A stretch of 52,268 nt of DNA, filler included, from Sphacelaria rigidula (lineage: Eukaryota): NCBI GenBank assembly GCA_964200075.2. It is 3 parts of 3 records of this genome, joined end to end, with 100 filler letters (N's around TTAATTAATTAA, not from the genome) between each part and the next. Parts side by side here need not be neighbours in the genome. Positions count along the whole stretch, not along the records: positions 34,915 to 52,268 come from CAXNAA020001101.1; 2 more parts are not named here. One strand, written 5' to 3'. The notes under the pieces are model-generated. The model had not been told where the DNA came from. It searched no databases and saw only the letters and a program-made list of their open reading frames with translations. This document shows, in pieces, positions 50,930 to 52,268 of the stretch (position 1 is the stretch's first letter; every line of letters begins with the position of its first letter). Made by a program: the position numbers and the translations under genes.

Positions 50930-51150
50930 TTAACCCCTACACGGCGAGGGTAGTCCATCTGGATCACTTATACATTTTTCGAGTGAAATTGATGCCGATT
51001 CAACAGACGACCTACGCTCGCCGTCAAAGAGTTAACCCTTTGACAGCCGGGGGAGGTCATCGCTTGAATCGGCATCACTTACACCTGGAAACTTGCACGT
51101 GACTACTTGCTGCTTGAGCGGGATGACCTGCCCTGGTGGTGAAAGGTTGA
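50930..51150. mobile_element. Inverted dimer of two piggyBac-type MITEs of about 100 bp sharing a central TTAA
   Basis: TTAA(50930-33) ccc..[50934-51031]..aaagag TTAA(51032-35) ccctttgac..[51036-51146]..aaagg TTGA. The arms either side of the central TTAA are reverse complements (ttgaatcggcatca shared). Confidence 0.7.
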
Positions 51151-51779
51151 AGGTCAACGCTCTTGGCGGGTGCCCGTAGACAGGAGGATTTCGAACACCC
51201 AACCCCTCTCCTCCTGCGAGAGCGGGAATTTCAACTTTCGGGCACTCAGGACTTGAAAATCTCAAGAACTGCACGAGTCGATCTTTCAAATGAAGTATGT
51301 ATGTGCTCGTTGATTCCCTGGGAAGAGTACCGTACGCCCTCTACTTCCGTAGTGTGGTATTATCTACGCGGGGACAAGGTTGCATAGCTTAGGACTTCGG
51401 TAGCACCCCCCCCTCCCCTCCCCCCCTTTCCCTCCGCGAAGGGGTAGGTTCAAAAAGTTTCAGACGAAGAATAAATTGAACAAAAACGCCACGCGGAGGA
51501 GGAGCGAGCGTGACGAGATCTGGGGTCTAGGTATCAGAAACGCAACACACAGATGAATGGATATCGCATAGGATCATCAAGGGCTGGATTATCAGCCGCA
51601 ACCGTGTCGCCGCCGCGCGCCGGTGGTCTAATTGCCCACCTGTCACGACTAGGGTGGAGACAACGTGGGTTCTATCTACAATGCGTTGGTTTCTCTTCGA
51701 AGTATCCACCGTTGAAAGCGTGAGTATGTGAGTGAACAAAGCGTAGTCGACCGAGTTTGTTCGACGAGAGTTGACACGG

Positions 51780-51910
51780 TGCGGGAGTGCCGACCCCATC
51801 CGGGAGACCAAAATGCAAGGCGTGGACCCGGAAGAGATGGACTGATCCCTCGTGACCACGGACTCCTCCTGAGGGAGGGGCAGGCTTCAAAGTGCGACAA
51901 AAACAAACTA
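51780..51910 (+). mobile_element. Family C retroposon 3' end
   Basis: gagatggactgatccctcgtgaccacggactcctcctgagg..ttcaaagtgcgacaaaaacaaac, with an (AAAC) tail. The 5' limit is approximate. Confidence 0.65.
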
Positions 51911-52268
51911 TTCAAAACGAGTGTGATAGTGCTCCACTCCTGCAGAGCTCGTGGGTCAGCGTTCTTGCCCAATTGTTTCCCAACTATTAATAATAATAGC
52001 TGTGTTTGCCAGACACGCGACAGGAGGTCTGTCTTCTGGGACTCTGTTGACGAGGCTACTTGATCACCCGCATCGTCCCCCAACGGAGCAACTTGCGACG
52101 ATGAAGCAGCAAGCCCGGATAACCCCATCTCGATGAGCCAGGGACTTTGAGGCGCGAGGGGGCAAGGGCGGGGGGGGGGGAGGGGGCAGGGGGGGGGAGG
52201 GGGGGGGGGAACTAGAGAAGCTCTAGAAAAGAAGTTAAGAGACTTGGAGGGGACACGCAAAACCGAGA

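Noticed and set aside
51676..52260. 194-aa minus ORF with poly-Pro
   Set aside because: The poly-Pro comes from a G-run and the ORF crosses a retroposon fragment.

Overview
Eukaryotic, intron-rich, repeat-rich DNA that looks like a brown alga (Phaeophyceae). This is inferred from gene content, intron style and a Cys-rich module I associate with brown algae. The window is not one locus. It is three near-equal-length contigs (1-17360, 17461-34814, 34915-52268) joined by artificial 100-nt N spacers containing TTAATTAATTAA. Contig 1 carries a 17-exon, 3'-truncated MYBBP1A/Pol5 (DNA polymerase phi) family gene on the minus strand, with one GC-AG intron. Contig 2 is mostly transposon debris, then a complete two-exon complex I subunit NDUFB8-like gene (minus) head-to-head with the first exon of a small two-TM protein (plus). 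Contig 3 carries a 3'-truncated secreted protein (minus) with a signal peptide, an RKLQ motif, a Pro/Thr/Glu mucin-like stalk with a 30-bp tandem array, and at least four 10-Cys modules in phase-1-bounded exon cassettes. Introns and intergenic DNA hold tRNA-derived SINEs, several MITE families (including a palindromic piggyBac-type dimer), a deleted pogo-like element and long foldbacks that could be MITEs or pre-miRNAs. All exon models were read by eye from splice sites and reading-frame phase, and no database search was run. I found no clearly new multi-gene system. The modular secreted protein and the foldbacks are the best leads.
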